Part shown: positions 58,970 to 64,000 of the stretch, one piece after another
Numbering within the stretch: the stretch's first letter is position 1
How the letters are laid out: each line of letters begins with the position of its first letter
Virus record (IMG/VR): IMGVR_UViG_3300036770_008028
Coordinates: 32,001 to 96,000 of that record
Length of the DNA: 64,000 nt
Reading direction: 5' to 3' (one strand)
DNA from: a virus
Notes under the pieces: generated by a model
What the model was told of the DNA's origin: nothing
What the model saw: the letters and a program-made list of their open reading frames with translations, nothing else
Database searches by the model: none
Translations under genes and position numbers: made by a program

Positions 58970-60296
58970 TCTAGAATTCCGCCAGCAAGTGCTGGACCCA
59001 ATCTCTTCCAGTTTCTGCGGAGCCAAATGGTACAATGCCACCATCTGGCTAGGTTCCGGCATGACCACATCATGCCACCATCCCCCGGCGCACCCGGTCG
59101 ACATTGATGCAGTGAAATCCAATCCCCGCCTGTTGCACAACACCGCCCAGAAGAAACAGGACCGTGCAGACATGCAGGCTGGTCGCAGGCCCGCAGGCTG
59201 TGAATACTGCTGGAAGATCGAAGACATGGGGCGCGATGCTGTGAGCGATCGCATATATAAGAGCAAGATTTATGAAATACATGACCTACATACGGCTGCT
59301 CGCACGCCGCCAGATCAAGATATCAATCTCAAAACCCTTGAGATATCATTTGATCGTACTTGCCAGTTTGCTTGCTCTTACTGTAATCCTGCTTTCAGTA
59401 GTACATGGGTTAAAGATATTAGGAACCATGGACCCTACCTCGACCTTGTTTCAGACGGTAGAAATCATTTTACTCACGAGCATGATAGTGCTCAACGCTT
59501 TCGCTTTGGAGAACGTAATCCATACGTGGATGCGTTTTTCTCGTGGTGGGAAACCGATCTTCACCGCACACTGGACGAACTCCGTATTACAGGCGGCGAG
59601 CCGCTCATGTCCGGATACACATGGAAACTTGTTGACTGGTTCCGGGACAATCCAGGACGATCCAAAACCAGACTGGCCATAAACTCAAATCTTGGCATGG
59701 AATTTGACACGATCAAGAGATTGTTGGATTCCACCCAGGGCCTTGAACTAGATATCTATACTTCAAACGAAAGCATGGACGTACATGCCGAGTATATCCG
59801 CGATGGCCTGGCCTGGCCCCAGTGGATCTACAACATGCGACAGATCATGGAATCCGGCCGTGTGCGAGCTCTGCACGTGATGTGCACCATAAATGCCTTG
59901 TGCCTAGAGAGCCTGCCGGAATTCCTGGATCAACTCATGTGGTGGAAAAATCACTACGGAACCAATTTCCCCAACTTTACCCTGAATATCTTGCGCTTCC
60001 CCAGTTTCCAGTCGCCCTTGGTATTGCCTGACGATATCCGCATGCGGCATCGAGATCGTCTACAGTGCTGGCTGGATCAGTGGACCAACAATGTCATGCT
60101 GCAGGAACATGAACGCAACCATGTCAGACGGCTGATAGACTATCTTGACGTTGTCAAAACTCCGCACAGCGACGCGTTTGACATGCCACGATTACACAAC
60201 GACTTCCGTCGGTTTTTTACCCAGTACGATCAACGCCGCGGTAAAGATTTTGTCACGACTTTTTCAAATCTCAAAGATTGGTATCTCTCATTATGA
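58956..60296 (+). CDS. Radical SAM protein with N-terminal twitch-like domain
   Basis: FCGAKW...SCHHP...CEYC; CQFACSYC; ITGGEP; EYIRDG. Confidence 0.9.
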   Translation: MPNNDLEFRQQVLDPISSSFCGAKWYNATIWLGSGMTTSCHHPPAHPVDIDAVKSNPRLLHNTAQKKQDRADMQAGRRPAGCEYCWKIEDMGRDAVSDRIYKSKIYEIHDLHTAARTPPDQDINLKTLEISFDRTCQFACSYCNPAFSSTWVKDIRNHGPYLDLVSDGRNHFTHEHDSAQRFRFGERNPYVDAFFSWWETDLHRTLDELRITGGEPLMSGYTWKLVDWFRDNPGRSKTRLAINSNLGMEFDTIKRLLDSTQGLELDIYTSNESMDVHAEYIRDGLAWPQWIYNMRQIMESGRVRALHVMCTINALCLESLPEFLDQLMWWKNHYGTNFPNFTLNILRFPSFQSPLVLPDDIRMRHRDRLQCWLDQWTNNVMLQEHERNHVRRLIDYLDVVKTPHSDAFDMPRLHNDFRRFFTQYDQRRGKDFVTTFSNLKDWYLSL

Positions 60297-61999
60297 CCAT
60301 GCTGGAACTGATAGATCAGTATCAAAAAATTTATGACGTCGTGGCAGTGATTAATCTGGATCAGTGCTTTGACGTACCGTTTTATCAAAGAGAAATTTGG
60401 CTCAAATCGCAGATCGAACCTGCGTGGAGAAACCAATTCACTGAAAATCAGCGGGTGATTTTCACCATGACTCAGGGCGAGGAGTATAGTTCGCAGCACA
60501 GCCAGCGACCCAACATACTTTCTATTGTGCAAAAACTTTTAAATGAAGTTGATATCAGCAATTGTTTTGTGATTGTGCTGACCAATGACTGCCAAAATGT
60601 CGAATCACAAAAACAATATCTCAAACAGATCAGCACAGATAGCACTGCAATCACTTGGTACGTGTTTGATGATCCTCCATGGCCTGGATCAAAGCATGTG
60701 AAATCTTTGCCACAGGATTATGAATACAATAGCAGCCGTCCTGTGAAGATCGACCTGTCAGATCTGGACATCCGACAGCAGAATCTCTTGATGCAGAGCA
60801 AAGTGTTTTGCATGTACCCATGGGTACATCTACATGCCTACCCCACCGGAGAAGCCTGGCCGTGCTGCCAATCAGAGATGAAAGCCGGTGCAGTAGGTAA
60901 TTGTAAAACGCATACCTTGAGCGAGATCTGGAACAACACGCGTATGAAAGAACTACGAGTCAACATGTTGACAGGTATCCCAGATCCGCTGTGTGTGCGA
61001 TGTTACGAGCAAGAAGACAGCGGTTTTTTTTCTGGTAGACAAAGCGCAAATAAACATCACGGTCATCACATAGGACGTGTGGCTCATACCGCTGAAGATG
61101 GCCACCTTAGTCAATTCTCATTGACATATTGGGACATCCGATTTTCAAATCTGTGCAATCTACGTTGCCGCAGTTGTGGTCACATCTTTTCGAGCCAGTG
61201 GTACCAGGATCAGGCCAAACTGGCAGGGCATGAGTGGAAGTCGCGTAATCAAGTGTTGAACTATGCCGGCCGCACAGAACTCGACATGTGGGAACAACTA
61301 GAACCTCACTTGGACTGTGTGGAGCAGATCTATTTCGCTGGTGGCGAACCTTTGCTGATGGAGGAGCACTATCGCATCCTGGACGAGCTGGTGAAACGTA
61401 AACTGTTCCATGTGCGTCTAATCTACAATACCAATTTCACACACACCGATCTCAAAGGCCGTAGTGTGTTTGAGTACTGGAAGCAATTTCACAGTGTATC
61501 TGTTGGAGCCAGCTTGGACGCACAGGAAGAAAAAGCAGAATACATCCGGAAAGGCACTGATTGGGCCGCAGTAGAACAGAACAGACGAGACATGTTGGCC
61601 ATATGTCCAGAAGTGGATTTCTATGTATCCCCCACACTGAGTGTGCTCAATGCCTGGCATTTGCCTGATTTTCATCGATCCTGGGTTGATAAAGGCTTGA
61701 TACGAGCACAGGATCTTAATGTAAACATTTTGCAGGATCCGGCATATTATCGTATAGACATAGCGCCCATGGAGTACAAACAGCGATTGAGAGTGAAGTT
61801 TGAAGAACATCTTGATTGGTTACGATCTCGAGACCCGTTGCAACGTGCTACAGTGGGATTTACCAGCGCGATTAAATTCATGATGGCCACCGATAACAGT
61901 CATCTCCTTGACAAATTTTGGTCAAAAACCAAAGAACTGGATGCTATCCGAGGAGAAAACATACTGCAAGTGCTGCCAGAATTAGAGGCCATGCAATGA
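60293..61999 (+). CDS. Radical SAM/twitch protein with a ~170-aa N-terminal extension
   Basis: FCMYPW...PCC...CVRC; CNLRCRSC; FAGGEP; YNTN; EYIRKG. Confidence 0.9.
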   Translation: MTMLELIDQYQKIYDVVAVINLDQCFDVPFYQREIWLKSQIEPAWRNQFTENQRVIFTMTQGEEYSSQHSQRPNILSIVQKLLNEVDISNCFVIVLTNDCQNVESQKQYLKQISTDSTAITWYVFDDPPWPGSKHVKSLPQDYEYNSSRPVKIDLSDLDIRQQNLLMQSKVFCMYPWVHLHAYPTGEAWPCCQSEMKAGAVGNCKTHTLSEIWNNTRMKELRVNMLTGIPDPLCVRCYEQEDSGFFSGRQSANKHHGHHIGRVAHTAEDGHLSQFSLTYWDIRFSNLCNLRCRSCGHIFSSQWYQDQAKLAGHEWKSRNQVLNYAGRTELDMWEQLEPHLDCVEQIYFAGGEPLLMEEHYRILDELVKRKLFHVRLIYNTNFTHTDLKGRSVFEYWKQFHSVSVGASLDAQEEKAEYIRKGTDWAAVEQNRRDMLAICPEVDFYVSPTLSVLNAWHLPDFHRSWVDKGLIRAQDLNVNILQDPAYYRIDIAPMEYKQRLRVKFEEHLDWLRSRDPLQRATVGFTSAIKFMMATDNSHLLDKFWSKTKELDAIRGENILQVLPELEAMQ

Positions 62000-63213
62000 A
62001 TGTGCCTCACGAAAAATTCTGTATCCTGCCCTGGATCAGTTTAGAAGCCAGCCCTGTTGGCACAGTGCGACCTTGTTGTCTGGCAGAAGAAGAGATCTCT
62101 GACGATGACGGAAACAAGTTTGAATTGATCGACGCAGAATTTTCTTCAGTGCAAAACAGTAGATACATGCGAGATCTCAGACAGCAATTCTTGGATCAAA
62201 AACAACCACGCACCTGTCGCAAATGCTGGAACGAGGAGCGTGCTGGCCGGACCTCCAAGCGCATGCATACCTTGGACCGTCTCAAACACATGGTCACGGA
62301 CCGTGATTGGACCGCAGATGCCAAGCCATTGATGTTCTTGGATCTCAAATTGGGAAATATCTGTAATCTCAAATGCCGTATCTGTGGGTCATGGAGCAGC
62401 AGCCAGTTTGCCGCCGAAGAGTTGCATTTCTTGAGGCAAGAAGAAAAAAAGACCAGTGTACACTATGAGATGCTGAAAAAAGGAGCATGGCCTCGAGAGA
62501 ACAAACGATTCTGGCAAGAAGTCGACACTGTGCTTGACCAGATACGCTATATCGAATTCACCGGCGGCGAACCTTTCATGATACGTGAGCACTTTGAAAT
62601 GTTACAGGGCATCGTGGATCGTGGTATCGCACACCAGGTCGAGATACACTATAATACCAATGGTACACAATGGCCGGAAGCTGCCGAACAGATCTGGCAG
62701 CACTTCAAAACAGTAGAGATCGCTTTCAGCATCGACGACCTTGACAGCAGATTTGAGTATCAAAGAACCAATGCGATATGGCAAGAAGTGATCACGAATC
62801 TACAGCGTTTCCGAGATCTTAGGTCTCGATACAAAAATATAACTCTGCAGGTATGTTCCACAGTGAACGTGTTCAATGTGTTTTATCTTGAAAGCCTGGC
62901 ACACTGGATAGACTCTCAGGATTTTGATTTCATTTATTGGAACATGCTACACGAGGCCTATTATCTTTCTGTGGGCACCATGCCAGACAAGGCCAAACAA
63001 GAAGCCATACGTAGGTTAGAAAACGCCGAGGTGAGAGATTTCCATCGCAGCGAATTCAATCGAGTGGCTGATTTCATCCGCAATGGTAACAGCCTGGACG
63101 GGAATATCTTGCGCATGAAAGTGGCCGACCTAGATCGCAAACGCAGTACGGATCTCAGAGTGGATCATCTGGATCTGGCCTTGGCCATTGATTACAACGG
63201 TCCCAATGGATAA
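61996..63213 (+). CDS. Radical SAM protein with N-terminal twitch-like domain
   Basis: FCILPW...PCC...CRKC; CNLKCRIC; FTGGEP; YNTNG; start at ATG 61996. Confidence 0.9.
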   Translation: MNVPHEKFCILPWISLEASPVGTVRPCCLAEEEISDDDGNKFELIDAEFSSVQNSRYMRDLRQQFLDQKQPRTCRKCWNEERAGRTSKRMHTLDRLKHMVTDRDWTADAKPLMFLDLKLGNICNLKCRICGSWSSSQFAAEELHFLRQEEKKTSVHYEMLKKGAWPRENKRFWQEVDTVLDQIRYIEFTGGEPFMIREHFEMLQGIVDRGIAHQVEIHYNTNGTQWPEAAEQIWQHFKTVEIAFSIDDLDSRFEYQRTNAIWQEVITNLQRFRDLRSRYKNITLQVCSTVNVFNVFYLESLAHWIDSQDFDFIYWNMLHEAYYLSVGTMPDKAKQEAIRRLENAEVRDFHRSEFNRVADFIRNGNSLDGNILRMKVADLDRKRSTDLRVDHLDLALAIDYNGPNG

Positions 63214-64000
63214 ACCGACTACCTTGTGTATGGCGCCCTGGACTCATACCTATCTGAGTCCGCAGACTGAGCGTCGCCTGTGCTGCGCCAGCCGAGAACC
63301 TGCACAGAATTTCCAGCAGTACATTGACACAGCCGCGGGCACAGGCGAATACATTCCCATCACGCTGGAACAGCACTGGAACTCGGAACACATGCGTTCG
63401 GTTCGCAGGCGCATGATGGCCGGAGAGATCTTGCCCGAATGCGACGTGTGCAACAACAAACTGTTGAACACCGATGTATATCGCACATACTTCAATGGAT
63501 TGTTCGGTCACAAATACCAAGAGGCCATGCACAGCACAGACCAAGATGGCCGTACCACTATGCTGCCAGTGAGCTGGGATTATCGATTCAGTAATCTCTG
63601 TAATTTCAAATGTCGTACCTGTGGCGACATGCTGAGTTCGGCATGGGAAAGTGAACAACGGCAGCACAAAATGATAGATTGGACCAATCCTAAGAACGGT
63701 TGGATGGTTCCAGCAGTACGTCAAGAAATCGTCAAGTTCCAAGAAACTCAGATAGAACAAGAATTCGCAGAAGCAGTAGAACAACACCGTGTGGAAGAAA
63801 TATATTGGGTGGGAGGCGAGCCATTGATGTATGAGCAACACTGGCGATACATGAAACGTATCGTAGAACTCGGTGATGGACCCAGACTCTATGCCAGATA
63901 TAATACCAATCTCTCTAGGGTAGATTATCGCGGTATCAATCTTTATCTGGACATCCTACGTCATGTAAGAGATTGGCAGATCTGCGCCAGCCTCGATGGA
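63206..64000 (+). CDS. Radical SAM/twitch protein, truncated at the window end (absent from the track)
   Basis: Manual translation MDKPTTLCMAPWTH...LCC...CDVC...SNLCNFKCRTC...WVGGEP...YNTN. Confidence 0.88.
   Translation, partial: MDKPTTLCMAPWTHTYLSPQTERRLCCASREPAQNFQQYIDTAAGTGEYIPITLEQHWNSEHMRSVRRRMMAGEILPECDVCNNKLLNTDVYRTYFNGLFGHKYQEAMHSTDQDGRTTMLPVSWDYRFSNLCNFKCRTCGDMLSSAWESEQRQHKMIDWTNPKNGWMVPAVRQEIVKFQETQIEQEFAEAVEQHRVEEIYWVGGEPLMYEQHWRYMKRIVELGDGPRLYARYNTNLSRVDYRGINLYLDILRHVRDWQICASLDG

Noticed and set aside
1-64000. tRNA, rRNA or tmRNA genes; stop-codon reassignment
   Set aside because: No cloverleaf or rRNA signatures seen in the few gaps; all core genes are full length in the standard code

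Overview
A 64-kb segment of a large T4-like myovirus (Caudoviricetes) genome in standard genetic code, covering the virion morphogenesis region. Minus strand (1-13.9 kb): fibre/decoration proteins, a free-standing HNH-NUMOD3 endonuclease, the head module (gp23, gp22, gp21, acidic core protein, gp20) and a tape-measure-like protein carrying an M15 peptidase motif. Centre: a gp26/gp51-like pair linked by a candidate -1 frameshift, a small accessory trio including an aminoacyl-transferase-like gene, and a sigma70-driven gp55-gp47-gp46-GIY-YIG operon. That operon runs into a ~390-nt highly structured non-coding stretch and three GCG(A/C)AGC hairpins. Plus strand (22-52 kb): baseplate module (gp48/54-, gp53-, gp27-, gp5-, gp25-, gp6-like), a 4768-aa gp7-like protein and fibre genes. 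From 52 kb to the end lies a modification island of glycosyltransferase-like genes, a 2OG-Fe(II) oxygenase, a B12-radical SAM enzyme and at least five tandem radical SAM paralogs with N-terminal twitch-like domains. Best candidates for undescribed biology: the compact GIY-YIG plus large structured RNA locus, the radical SAM/glycosyltransferase island, and the gp26/gp51 frameshift. Family assignments come from motif recognition by eye; no searches or folding programs were run.
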